From the NCBI GenBank assembly GCA_023920165.1, contig CP089274.1, positions 1,736,001 through 1,800,000 on the forward strand: a stretch of DNA of 64,000 nucleotides, read 5' to 3'. A program made the position numbers and the translations under genes. Below, one piece after another: positions 37,385 through 50,115 of the stretch. This DNA is from Curvularia clavata (lineage: Eukaryota). Each line of letters opens with the position of its first letter. Position 1 is the stretch's first letter. Below the pieces are notes generated by a model that saw nothing but the letters and a program-made list of their open reading frames with translations, ran no database searches and was not told where the DNA came from.

Positions 37385-37654
37385 TGTAACCATCTATTGC
37401 CCAAGACCCATCCCAAATGAGACAGCTCATTGAGATCCGACTAAGAACTGGGGCAGATCCGATGAAGATCCGTACCAAGGTATAAGTACCTGGTCTATCC
37501 AATAGCTGTTCGGTAGATTTTCGATATCCTTTCCTACCAGGCCTATGAGTGTCTACCAAATTTAAGGTAATTCTGCTGTCCCACGCACTCCCATACGCAT
37601 CTGAGTGACAGTTCCCACCGGAACCGATTCAACTAGTTTGCTCGTGCCGTTACA
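37385..37654 (+). mobile_element. Solo LTR of a related Gypsy subfamily
   Basis: tgtaac...gttaca, 270 bp, diverged from 29372-29642; near-perfect 5-bp TSD TGAAC/TGAGC. Confidence 0.9.
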
Positions 37655-39257
37655 TGAGCAGGTCTATCTTCTCCAATTTAAAGGTCGTGTAAACTGCAGC
37701 GCAATTTAGGTGGTTAGGACAACGGTGGGTCGTACGATTTGTTAACACCACCTCGCAATTAGGAAAAGACTTGTTTTTGTCGAAGCAATATGTTCGTATT
37801 GATAGGTCGAAAAGAGACAGCGAATTTCATAGTCTACTCCACAAATTATTGGCCGCATTCTAGGAAGGGGCACTACTGTTTCGTTTGGCTGATGTTACTA
37901 CCGTTCAGGCTTTAGTCGGTTCAGGCGAACCTATGGAATAAGCAAGGGAGAAGTATCATAGGCGAGCCGGGTCATCGCCGATTCGCCAAAGAGTCAAATG
38001 TGGCACAACGTATGCTGTGGGAAAACGTACCTTGTTTTGATTGCTGTCGCTTATGTCCGAGAAAAGGAAATTATCCCAACCGGCGACGCCTCATGGCGGT
38101 TTCGTGACTGAGCTGAGCTTGGGAAAAGCAACTGCAATCGCATTGGACGCGATAGTCAATAGAGTTCATGTGACTGAGCGGATTGCGATAGGCGCATGTG
38201 CAGGCGCAGGTTGTGGATGAAAAACAAGGACAAGAAAAATCACCTAACTTTAACTCACGAGTTGTGTGATAACCTTTGGTCATGCTCTATCGTCGCGATC
38301 GGCGGATGTGGGGTCTAGTGTTTCCGCCGTTAGACCCTGTACTACGTAAAAACCTCCGGTTGGTTGTGTGTAGGATGAGTGTTCTGGCCACCGCCCCTAT
38401 ACAATACATACAGCGGAGGCTGCAGGTTGTGTCACAAAAATTTGTTATTTGTAGAGCATTGACTATAGCTATATTCGCAAACTAACTTGTTCAATCTCGT
38501 TGGCGTTTTGGCGTATGTAAGTGTTCGTATGAGTAGCTAAGTTCACAGACTTAGCGCTCGACATGCGTTTTGAATTCTTCAAGACTCGATATGGATGGGT
38601 TGTTGGTGTCCTATTAGCACTCTGAACTTTTGATGCACCTGAATATGTCGTCATCTAGGATTAGTGTAAATGCTGATCGATGTCCATTATTTCCTGCATA
38701 AGCTCCCTGCTATAGACGGGCCGGACTGCGCACCGCATCCCGTGCGTTACTTTGCGCCGCTTTGCCTATTGCATTCCAGCTATGGAAATGAACTGAGCGA
38801 TGACGATATCAGACCATCCAGGTAATTTTAGCTCACAAGTGACTTTCAACTTAATCTATGGCGCCACAACAAACACCCGAACCAAACTCCTCCAGGTTAC
38901 GCCAAGCTGACATGCCCATGCAGGTATCCTCCCAACAAACGCATGGCGGCACTTCCACGAACAGATTCCGCTGCAACCGAGTGGCCTTGGTGGCGGCACC
39001 AATGGCCCCCCCAACTTACCCCTTCCCAAGACTAGTCTAAGCTACCTAGTTGATTCTGCGACATGACCTGGTTTGTTCTGCCCAATTTAATGGCACACTG
39101 CTTCAAGCCTCACGTAAGCTTTCAGTATATAGTCTAGACAATACCACCGTACTCCAAAGTGGTCATATTCCATGAAACCTATCCTTTGCCTTGATATTCC
39201 AGTTTCACTTGCCCATTGGTCTTCTTTCGAACTGTTCGCTCCTATCACTCCACGACC

Positions 39258-40625
39258 ATGCAGGACTGTGCCTGGAAAGAGACCCGTCCAGGGCGCTGGG
39301 AACGCCCACAGAGTTACTTGGAGAGGATGAATATACTCACCCGCAATGTTCCTAATGCAATTGGTCGCGATAATTGGGCCAAAAACGCCGTCGCCAAGCT
39401 CAGATTTGACCCCGAAATCAAGGACCCTGCTCCCTACCTAGAAACTGCGTGGAAACAAGTGCGCTACAACCATCCTGAGATCGCCGCTTTCCCACACAAT
39501 GGCAACTATGTATATCGCATAGGAGACGCTACTTCTATCGCCCTATGGGTGTCAGCCACATTTTCGGTTGTCGAGGGCAAAACAGTCGATGAGTTGCTGG
39601 GCCGGATCCCAAGAAACGAACAGATGATGTGCTACTTTCTCCGTGACACGTCAGAGATCTTGATCTGGTCTCCACATTACCGTGTTGACGCCCGTGGCGC
39701 AATCTTCTGTCTCAATCACCTCGTTGAATCACTCGCCAATATGAACCCGGATTTAGTCTTTGGCGGGTGTGCCAAAAACTTAACTCCCAGCATGGAGTCC
39801 ACACTTCACATCAAGCACGAGAAGACACCCACAATTCAAGCTCAAGCTGAGAGCCGCCTTGCTGCACTTGAATCTCACAAACCAGCCCTAGAACTGAAGC
39901 CCAACATCAAATCTCAAAGGCCGGGGTATACCCAGAGGCATTTTGTCAAATTCTCGAAGCGCGATACAAAAGCAATTATGGACTGCTGTGACACTGCAGC
40001 GCTCTCACTAGATGTGGTTCTGCATGCGGCCCTTATTAGTGCCGCGGTAAAACTCGCACCGGCTGATGAACCTCGAAGCTTCATGGCCTCATTCCACTGC
40101 AACCTCCGTGTCCTAATTCCAGAGGGCGAGGCTCCGGAAGACTCACCAACGAGCTATACCAGCGTCATTACGACCGAGGTCATTGTATCACCACGCACCG
40201 ACTTCGACTCGTATTACGCCCAACTCGCGCCAGTATATGCCACAGGCTATGCTCCGTACCTGCAATCTTCGCCTCACTTTTACAAACTTGTTGAAGAAAG
40301 ATTGCTCGCTCCTGAACTAGGGACCAATGGAGAGACTGACGGGCAGCTGCAACCTCGGTTCGCATTCTTGGGGTCAGTCGATGACCATTTGGCCAAGGAT
40401 GTTGGAGATGGGCTTGTCAAGGTAGAAGACTTTTGGCTTGGTGCCGAGACTTTGACTTTGCGGATGATGGTACATACCTGGGTGTGGGACAACCAACTAG
40501 TGGTCAGCGTGTGTTACAATCAAAATTACTGGGACAGGGAGACAGCTGAGAGTTTACTCGGAGGGATGCAGGAAACACTGATTGATGTTATGCTCAGGAA
40601 GGGTGTTAGCAGAGTAAGCTTGTAG
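39258..40625 (+). CDS. CoA-dependent acyltransferase (Tri3-like/condensation fold), ~455 aa
   Basis: Intronless ORF with N-terminal WKET..GRWERP, AWKQVRYNHPEIA, catalytic-type HYRVDARG and C-terminal WVWDNQL..SVCYN. Confidence 0.75.
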   Translation: MQDCAWKETRPGRWERPQSYLERMNILTRNVPNAIGRDNWAKNAVAKLRFDPEIKDPAPYLETAWKQVRYNHPEIAAFPHNGNYVYRIGDATSIALWVSATFSVVEGKTVDELLGRIPRNEQMMCYFLRDTSEILIWSPHYRVDARGAIFCLNHLVESLANMNPDLVFGGCAKNLTPSMESTLHIKHEKTPTIQAQAESRLAALESHKPALELKPNIKSQRPGYTQRHFVKFSKRDTKAIMDCCDTAALSLDVVLHAALISAAVKLAPADEPRSFMASFHCNLRVLIPEGEAPEDSPTSYTSVITTEVIVSPRTDFDSYYAQLAPVYATGYAPYLQSSPHFYKLVEERLLAPELGTNGETDGQLQPRFAFLGSVDDHLAKDVGDGLVKVEDFWLGAETLTLRMMVHTWVWDNQLVVSVCYNQNYWDRETAESLLGGMQETLIDVMLRKGVSRVSL

Positions 40626-41569
40626 ATGATTCTTTTTCTTACTTATCCAAGGTTGTTTATTTTTCGCTAGTCTTTCTATGTCTTTTTTGTTTTCATACTA
40701 TAATGCTCTATGGGGAACACTTCATACAACTCTACCTTCATCTTAATAAAATCTCTCCATCTCCGATAAATCTATGGTGCTAAGAATAAACGCTTTGGTG
40801 TATATTTACTGAGCGCAAGGGACTTTTACAGTAGCTCCTAGATCTATTAGGGTTCCTTCTTTCGCACAAGTTATTTGCTCTCAGCTCTAATATAGGACTA
40901 TTCTTCTATGTAGCCAGGGAAGGAGCTGGGGGAAAGGGTTGGGTTGAAGTTCATGATAGAGCATGTACAAGACAGGAACCTACTTGCAACAAGCTACTGC
41001 AGCAATAGCAAGGACGTACAAGCGCGAAATGCCACCGCTTTGACAAATTTTTGATGCTCATCCTCATGAACTCTTCCGCTTATACTACGGGCCATTGCTA
41101 AATTGCCACGCTTAGCGATATCGCCTAAACGCACGTCTATATATCCTTCCCATGAGCTCGTACCATAGTGTGATACCAGTGCATACTGTCATTGTGTTCA
41201 AGATTGACCTGTCTAATACGGAAGGGTAGGCATTAGCAGCGAACTCAGATCGATTGAAAAACGCTCTGCTTGATCGACTATGTGTAAAGAGAGCCGATAA
41301 CAGGACAGCACCATTGTAGATGTGTCACCTTATCTGCAATGCGGTGAAACGCACCAGGCCCTTTTATGCCCAACGCCAGAGAAGAATGAGTCCAGTTACA
41401 AGTACATGTCATCAAACAGACCGTAACAAAAATGCCCAGTAATTTCCAGGCATGATAGACATCGGCTACATTCGATTGTCATTTAGCGAAGCTCTCTCAC
41501 TGCGTACAGAGTCGCGAAGACAGCCAGGCGGTAGCGCGATGGAGAGATACTGTAGTCGAGATGGAAGCG

Positions 41570-43981
41570 CTACTGCAAACCTGCCTTGTTGATCTTCACT
41601 GTGTGGGCAACAGGCACCAGGATGCCTTTGTTGTCGCCAGCACCAAGAGCGGTGCCCTTGGACCAGCCCATCTTCATCATCAATGCGTGACCTTTGTTCT
41701 CTGGTCCCAATTCGGGAGCGTTTGCGCCGACCGTTTCGCCATCTTTGTAACCCACTTGAGGTTTGCTACGGACACCACCCTGCTTGTGCTTAATGGTAGA
41801 GAACCTGCCAGATCGTCCGCCGCCGCCCTGAGAATAAAGAGGACCGCGCAAGCGTTTGTGGAAATTCCGCTTCTGGATGGCAATGTCGAACTCGTCGTCG
41901 GTGTAAGTATGAGTACGGCTAGTCTTTGACAGAACGGTAAATCGGTCCATCCCGTCACCACGGGAGCGAGAGCTCAAGTTGAAGAATGCAGCAACTTGAT
42001 GAATGGTGGCGCGACGAGAAGATTCCATAGGAGGAAGCGCGAGCGAGTGCATGTCGCCCAGCAAGAATTCGCGCAGTTCTTCAACGACGTCTTCCATGTC
42101 AATGCCACCCTGATACTTGACCTTGAGGTTAGGAGCCTTACCTCTCCTACCCAGTAGGCCTTGTTGACGTAGTTCCTCTCGCTCCGCTTTTTTAAGACGT
42201 TTCTTTGCCCTGTCAGCCGCCCATGCATTTTGGAGCTGCTCGTTCAAGTCAGAGTCCTCTAGCTCTGGTGGTGGTTGGCCACGCCGACCCTTCTTCTTCG
42301 GCTTTAGTGAAGGTCGTTCAGTGTCCATGATATCAAAGCCACCATACGGGTCCATTTCCAGGGCGTCGACCATTGCAGATGCCGAAGGGAAAGACGCTTC
42401 TCTGTGGCCGCGTGTCCTTGACTGGCGCTTCTTGTTTGATGTCTTGTAGCTGCCAAAAGTTGAGACCTTGGTACGGCCAGATGAGTCAAAGAAACTGTCA
42501 CCGCCATATAGAACCATTTCGTCAGAGCCTAAACCGAGCTCTTCTTGTTTTTGCAGGATCCTGGCAATGGTCTCGTCATCCAGCTCATCAGCATATTCGT
42601 CGACATCTTCCTCTTCATCCTCTTCCTCATCCTCGTCGTCGTCATCGTCATCGTCATCTTCTCCCTCTTCCTCCTCGTCTTCGCCGTCTAGTTCGTCGTA
42701 CTCACTCGTAGAGTCGCTGCTTGTAAACATTTGCTGCTCACGTTCCGTGATCTTAGCTTCGAAAGCTTGTACCACTCGCTTTTCGTCGGGGCTTTTCAGA
42801 AAAGTGGCTGGCAGCCAACGAGCGTCATCTATTACAGACCCTTCGTAGACACAGAGATAGTGAAGGCCAGATTTACGTGTCCGCTTTGACAAAATCCGTA
42901 CCACTGTTTCCGCAACGTCAGATGAAGTGCTCAAGTCGTCAAAAGCCTGCAGAAGATCCGAACCCCATTCTTCGCTGTCGTGATCATTGTGTCGGCCGTC
43001 CTGATTTGGAGAATTTGGATCCCAGTCGTTGTGGCTGCCTGCATCTAGATCCATCTCGCGACGGGCAAAGGCAGACGCAGTCAGCAAGTCATTGGTGAAG
43101 CCAAAATCCTCAATGTTTTGCATGTAGTCATCTAAAGCTGCATCGCGGGGGTTGGCAGGATTGTGCGGGTACATATGCACATGTGTGCGCTCTGAGGGAG
43201 ACGGCTGCCAACCGATGCCTGGCTTGCTCCGATGTACCCACTCAGTGGTAGTACCTTCCCACGCAGGCCTACCCCGTCTTCGCTTTGCAAACTGATCTTG
43301 ATCCACCTCGTCAACATCCGATTCTGCATCCCGTTGGGCATGAGACTCGTTGTCCGCACGAAGGCTGGACTTTGCCGATCCTTGAACCTTGTGTATCTCG
43401 GTCGGCTGCGTGGGTGGGTTGGTTGCAGATTGGTTTGGTCTAATGGTGGTGGGTGCAGATGCAGCTGAAGGCTGGCCGCCACGCCCTCTGAAGAGCACCT
43501 CGTCGGCACTCGAAGACGAGGCATCCGAGGGTGCTGGCGATGGGCTGCGGATAGCCATGTGCGCCATGGCTTGGGCGTTGTCTGGCGTGGACGCGGGCGA
43601 CGAAGGTGTGACCGAGTCGGAGGCGTTTTCAGGGCAGTTTGCTTGGACAAGCTTGTCGTCGGGCAGAGGCTCTTTAAGGGTGCCTTGGAGATGGCCAGCG
43701 CTTACGAAGTGAACGGGCATGTGGCGCAACTTATTGCCCGGTTGGAAGGCGGTGGTGCGGTGGTTTGACATCCAGCGGGCCTCATCCTGGAGAGAAAACT
43801 TAGGTGCGATTGCTGCAAACACAGTCAACAGGCGGCGCCGAGGGGGAAGGTGGGCAAACGTACGCTCGTCGTGGACAGGCCGTGTCGGGGCGGAGTGGCG
43901 GTTGGCAGGCGTGCGACGGGGAGTGGTCTTGGCCGAGCCGCCCTTTGCCCTTGGCTTTGCCTTTTTCTTTCCACGCGACAT
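41570..43981 (-). CDS. SQS1: R3H and G-patch domain protein (Sqs1-like)
   Basis: R3H (PPMESSRRATIHQVA) and C-terminal G-patch (NKGHALMMKMGWSKGTALG); acidic tract; probable 51-nt intron at 43813-43863. Confidence 0.9.
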   Translation of the reverse strand: MSRGKKKAKPRAKGGSAKTTPRRTPANRHSAPTRPVHDERTFAHLPPRRRLLTVFAAIAPKFSLQDEARWMSNHRTTAFQPGNKLRHMPVHFVSAGHLQGTLKEPLPDDKLVQANCPENASDSVTPSSPASTPDNAQAMAHMAIRSPSPAPSDASSSSADEVLFRGRGGQPSAASAPTTIRPNQSATNPPTQPTEIHKVQGSAKSSLRADNESHAQRDAESDVDEVDQDQFAKRRRGRPAWEGTTTEWVHRSKPGIGWQPSPSERTHVHMYPHNPANPRDAALDDYMQNIEDFGFTNDLLTASAFARREMDLDAGSHNDWDPNSPNQDGRHNDHDSEEWGSDLLQAFDDLSTSSDVAETVVRILSKRTRKSGLHYLCVYEGSVIDDARWLPATFLKSPDEKRVVQAFEAKITEREQQMFTSSDSTSEYDELDGEDEEEEGEDDDDDDDDEDEEEDEEEDVDEYADELDDETIARILQKQEELGLGSDEMVLYGGDSFFDSSGRTKVSTFGSYKTSNKKRQSRTRGHREASFPSASAMVDALEMDPYGGFDIMDTERPSLKPKKKGRRGQPPPELEDSDLNEQLQNAWAADRAKKRLKKAEREELRQQGLLGRRGKAPNLKVKYQGGIDMEDVVEELREFLLGDMHSLALPPMESSRRATIHQVAAFFNLSSRSRGDGMDRFTVLSKTSRTHTYTDDEFDIAIQKRNFHKRLRGPLYSQGGGGRSGRFSTIKHKQGGVRSKPQVGYKDGETVGANAPELGPENKGHALMMKMGWSKGTALGAGDNKGILVPVAHTVKINKAGLQ

Positions 43982-44610
43982 TGCGATGACAGCGGGCGCG
44001 ATTGCAAGGGGGAAAGCAGGAGTCGACGTGGCAAGGCCGGGGCGAAGACGAGGTTGAGGGCTGGATCAAAGATGATGCGCACTTGCGAATAGCCTACCCA
44101 CTGGACTTAATAGTGGGGCTGACATTGTACATTACTAGGTGGGCGTGGGGTGCATCGGAGCTTATGACGACAATTGTGCGGCATTCCCATATCAAACGAT
44201 ACTTGTCCCTGTACCCCCGTCGCCATGCTAGACACGGGCGTGCAGTACGTGACGAGCTGCACAAGTACGTACTTGTACTACGGCATAGAGGCGTGTTTGG
44301 AGCTCGGGGGCACTGCCAGCTGATAGCCACCCCTCCCCCGCCACGCCCTGGGTAGAGCCGCATATGACCTGGGGCGAGCCGCAGCTCCTAACTAACCCAC
44401 ATACATCCCGGGCTCGACATCGCGTCGAGGCTCCCTTCTTCCTTGTAGCCCGTGTGTTTTCACTCTGCGGTCCAGTGCACACAACAGGCGCAGAAGACCA
44501 AGACACATGTAGCCAGCTCCAGGCAGCCCTCATCTCGCACCTCCGCACCACCTCCGCATTCGACACCCGCCTACGCCCGGCCACCACCAACATACAAGAC
44601 AGCACTCATC

Positions 44611-46088
44611 ATGCACGACTTTGAGCGTGTCAGCCGCAGCATCGTCCGCACCTTTTATGACCCCCCGCCAACAAACGACTCCAACGAGCCCATATGGCTG
44701 CTGGGCCAGCGTTACGATCCTCGGCCACCGCCCACCAGGCTTCCGCCAACCGACGCCTCGCCTGCCGACACACCCACCCCACCGTCTGAACGCAACGAAG
44801 ACGAGAGCTGGATACGCACAAGCGTCGAGGAAACGGAGCGCAAGGAAGCCCCAAATGGCGAGGATCCAGCACAATACGGCAACTGGCCTTCTGCCTTTCT
44901 CGATGACTTTGAGTCGCGCATATGGATGACCTATCGCTCAGGCTTCACCCCAATCCAAAAGAGCCAGGACCCAAAAGCAACGAGCGCCATGAGTTTTCGT
45001 GTTCGCATGCAGAACCTCACCTCGCCTGGCTTCACCTCGGACACGGGTTTTGGCTGCATGATCAGGAGCGGCCAGTGCATCCTGGCCAACGCGCTACAGA
45101 TACTACGCCTCGGCCGCGACTGGAGATATCAGGACAACCCTACGGCCAAAGAGCATTGTGAAATCCTCTCCATGTTCGCTGATGATCCCAGGGCACCTTT
45201 TTCCATTCACCGCTTTGTCGAGCACGGTGCAGCCGTCTGCGGAAAGTACCCGGGCGAATGGTTCGGTCCTTCGGCAGCAGCACGCTGTATTCAGGACCTG
45301 GTCAACAAGCACAAAGAGAGCGGCCTGCGCGTCTATGTGTCTGGCGACGGCGCAGACGTCTACGAGGACAAGTTGAAACAAGTCGCCATGGACGATGACG
45401 GAGAATGGCAGCCTACGCTCATCTTGGTCGGCACCAGGCTGGGCATAGATAAGATCACGCCGGTTTACTGGGAGGCGCTCAAAGCAAGTCTGCAAATGAA
45501 GCAGAGCTTGGGCATCGCGGGGTAAGACGCACATTTCTATTTGGTTTTATTTTGCTTTGCTTTGCTTTGCTTTGCTTGACCAGTTCGCTAACTCGACATA
45601 GCGGTCGTCCATCCGCTTCGCACTACTTTGTAGCCACACAGTCAAATACCTTCTTCTATCTCGACCCACACAGCACTCGTCCCTTGCTTCCTTACCGCCC
45701 GCCCTCGTTGTCTACCGAGAGCCAGCCGTCAGCGGTGCCATCCAGCTTGGATGCCTCCGCTACATCAACGTCTTCATCCACAACCCTCGTTCCCTCAACA
45801 ACGCCCACAGACGGCTCGAATCTGTCTACGACATACTCGGACGAAGACTTGGCAACCTGCCATACACGTCGTATCCGCCGCCTCCAGATCCGTGAGATGG
45901 ACCCGTCTATGCTCATCGCATTCCTCATCACGTCTGCCCAAGACTACGAAAATTGGAAAAAAGGCGTCCGCAGCGTCCAGGGCAAGAGTGTGGTGCACGT
46001 GCAAGAACAGGAGCCGATGCCTAGAGGCCAGGAGAGAGAAGGTGCTGTAGACGAAGTAGAGAGCTGGGACGAGGATGGCCTGCAGTAG
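44611..46088 (+). CDS. ATG4: Autophagy cysteine protease Atg4; intron 45522-45601
   Basis: SDTGFGCMIRSGQ, GEWFGPS, IAGGRPSASHYF, YLDPH and MDPSML motifs. Confidence 0.97.
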
Positions 46089-46667
46089 CGGATATTTGGT
46101 GTGCTGTTTCAACTGGCGTTTTGTGGGGTGGGTTAGCAATGACATCATACGACGGGTAATCGCATTTTTGGAGTTGGTCCGCGGGATCCAACTTGTGTAC
46201 ATATCCATAGATCCCAAATCTGATGAGCAATCGCCGTATTTGATGCGCACCGCCGAATTTCGAAAAAGCTGGTCAATCACTCATCGGCTCACTCTGTTCC
46301 GTCATGATGCGTCCCAGGTGTGAGGGTGAGATGGTGTGCAGTACGAGTGTCTGTGGTGATCGCAGCCCTACATAGTCGAGGTTAATGGGGTGAACGATTT
46401 AACGTGCATGTGGAATTGAAAAGTAGGAAGTTGTAACAATTGAGCAAAATCTGTGAAGTTTGAAATAATTGATTCGTTCCCGTCTGCTGTGGTATAATGT
46501 ACAGACCCATATGGACCTCGTAGTCAAAGATGACTAGATGATTCGATGACAGACAAACCGACCCATGATCACATTAGCAAAGGACCCATGAACACCGCAC
46601 CCCGTAACCACTTGTCAAAGTGACAAGAGAAAGACCCAAAGAAAACATCCTGCGAAGAAAAAGCACT

Positions 46668-47256
<589 letters not shown>

Positions 47257-47766
47257 TTCTGAGGTTGTGGGAGTTTGGGGTGGAAAGTGGAAATCGGTTT
47301 GAAAAGCAGAAGCTTCGAGTGAGATGGAGCAGGCTGAGTGTCGTGGGCGGGTGGTCGAGATGGATGAAGAGAAAGGTCGTCGACGGCGGGGGACGCGCTA
47401 CTTATGGGGAGCGCGCTCTCGTGTTGTGATCCAGCAGCGGCCGCGTGGTCCGTGCGGAGGAAGGCTGGCCGCCTTGCCCGTTTGGGCGCTAGGCGAGGGC
47501 GGCCAGTGATCTTGCGTCGACGTGCGGCAGGCGCTATGCTGCGTCGCTACCCTTTTGGCGCGCTAGCGTGCGCAGGTTGATCTCGCGCACTCGCAACACG
47601 CCAGCGCCGTCCTTATAAGACGGCCCCGCCCCCCAACACCAGCAAGCAATCCATCGTCTCGACACTCCACGCCCACAACCAGCTCACCCACGCCACTCTC
47701 ATCCCCACTCCCGTCTTCCACGACTCCCACTTCAAAACCAAATCCCCAAACTCTTCAACCATCAAA

Positions 47767-48397
47767 ATGACTGGCGGCAAGTCCGGAGGCAAGGCCAGCG
47801 GCTCCAAGTCCAGCGCCCAATCGTGAGTACCCTCTGCCTTCATCTGCACCTGCACATCTTTGCTCCAATACGCTTTGCGCATCTTTGGGACTTAATCGCC
47901 AGCATTTTGACGCGTTTTTGCACCGATTGACGCGTCCTTTTCCATTTCGCGTTCCATATTTGCAATGTTGCATCATCAGCTAACATGTCTTCTAGTCGTT
48001 CATCCAAGGCCGGTCTTGCTTTCCCCGTCGGTCGTGTCCACCGTCTCCTCCGCAAGGGCAACTACGCCCAGCGTGTCGGTGCCGGTGCTCCCGTCTACCT
48101 CGCCGCCGTTCTTGAGTACCTCGCTGCTGAGATCCTCGAGTTGGCCGGTAACGCTGCCCGCGACAACAAGAAGACCCGTATCATTCCCCGCCATCTCCAG
48201 CTCGCCATTAGGAACGATGAGGAGTTGAACAAGCTTCTCGGACACGTTACCATCGCCCAGGGTGGTGTCCTCCCCAACATTCACCAGAGTACGTTGCATC
48301 AATCTTGCACTCTTGCGCATCCTTTACTAACACATTTTCAGACCTGCTGCCCAAGAAGACAGCCAAGCCTGGCAAGGGTCCTTCGCAGGAGCTCTAA
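47767..48397 (+). CDS. HTA1: Histone H2A; two introns
   Basis: [12 protein letters not shown]...[24 protein letters not shown]...LLPKKT...SQEL. Confidence 0.99.
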
Positions 48398-50115
48398 GCG
48401 CCTTTTGCTTTTGAGTTTCTTCTTCACGGCGTGGTTACTTATGGGTCTTTTTCATCTGCAATGATAATGGGAGTCGGTCTGGGTTTTGGGTTCTCGGCTT
48501 TTTACGGGATTTATACCAGAGCTGTATATTAGCTGGTCGCTTTGATGACCGCAGGCTCATGAGCTGAATCGAGCATATCACTTCACCCAACTGTTCCACC
48601 TTTTTTCGTGTCCTTATATGTTTGCTCGATCTCGCAGGCTCTTGTATTTCTGGTTGTTCGCTTTTGTGTTGTGCGAGTGGACACTGGCGACATTTGGCAC
48701 GTTTCTCGTTGGTTTACACATGGCACCTGGGCACATCCACTGGTTATCAGTGGGCACGTGCGCAGATACACCGCAACCTTCGCATTCGGCGACATGCTCG
48801 TGATGGATGTGGTCAGGTATTGGATACAAAATTTCTGCCGTTTTCGTCGGATTAGCCCCGTCACAATTGCTCTGCTGACTCCAGAGCGAGAAAGCGCGCC
48901 AATCTTGCCTGTTGATGGCTTGAGTCTGGTATTTGCACTATTGAGATGTTGCTGTGGCCTATTGCTATTATATGGCGCTTTTTTTTTAGATAGAAGACTA
49001 CGTCAATCGTGATAGACAAAACAGTGTTGTATTCAAGTCGTGAAATGTATCTATTTTCTGAAATTCATTAAACTGTGTCACTCAAATGATTGGCGTGACA
49101 TGTTCGGCGGCGGTGCATTCATCGCTCATGTGTAGAAGTTAACTATACAAATACGCGTGGGCAAGATACTTATGATATGCATTACACTGGCGAACATGTT
49201 TGCTCTACTTTTTTATGTAATTTTTGGTTGTTATGCTGTTGATATGTTGGGTAGCGCCAATGGATTCGCGTGGTAGGAATGGGACTTCCTACTTGCCATA
49301 TCGTTAGGCAAAGTAGCCAATTACTTCACATATTGCTCAAATAGGCAATTTTACATGCTTGGTTAAACATCTTTACTCTTTCTTATGTATTTGGTGGCCT
49401 TCCTATGATTTTAACATTATTGTAACAATGTGTTGTGTCGTGATTCTGGAAGATTGTCCAAAAGGGTATTTACACATTTTTACATTTACCGCATATTCGC
49501 AAACTCAACAAAAATTCACCACAGCACAACAGCATTATGAAACATGCCAAAACTCTGCAAGAACATGGATTCCAACCCAAAGAAAATATAGACATATTTT
49601 CCATGTCCTGAAATTCGAGTTGTGGTGCCGGCCTATCAACATGGGGTCTGGAGACGCGTCTGGCCGGGCGCGACTACAGCTTCCACAACGAAACGTCACA
49701 CGTATACATAAGCTCAGGCAGTCATGTGCACCACACGCTCGCTGCGCTCAACACAAATACAACATTCATATTCAAGTGCCTAGTTGCACTGCATAGATTG
49801 TCACTGCACCATGAGCGTGCTGCGATTTTGGCACCTGACACGTCGACGCCGCGACCACTATAACAGGAAACGCGTCGCTTAGAAACACCAGATATGCAAA
49901 TGCTCATTACAGCCTGAGCCATATAATACACTGTCAATATTTTCCCATCCAAGCGCACAAGAACCAAGCAAATCAGTGCATTTACAAATATCTCATTCCA
50001 TGGCCGGAAACACGCCTATCCTCCGACCCCGGCCCCACCTAGTACTGACCTCCCCCAACGACGGTATTCCAAAATACTCAAGACAATAGACACGCCAAAA
50101 AAAGGGCGCCTATGC

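Larger units (their letters stand above)
1..37654. repeat. AT-rich, RIP-degenerated transposon block
   Basis: Extreme TpA excess and CpA/TpG depletion. Degraded segments align by eye to the intact Gypsy at 29372-36567 mainly through C->T/G->A changes. Composition becomes balanced after ~37.6 kb. Confidence 0.95.

Noticed and set aside
37655..39250. Starship/captain or other giant-element boundary at the compartment edge
   Set aside because: No tyrosine recombinase (DUF3435-like) ORF or cargo genes are visible in the window.
42468..42848. Poly-Ser ORF
   Set aside because: Antisense shadow of the SQS1 Asp/Glu tract.
48583..49967. Several 60-145 aa ORFs between H2A and KGD2
   Set aside because: Mostly non-ATG starts, no motifs and overlapping on both strands; likely intergenic or UTR sequence.
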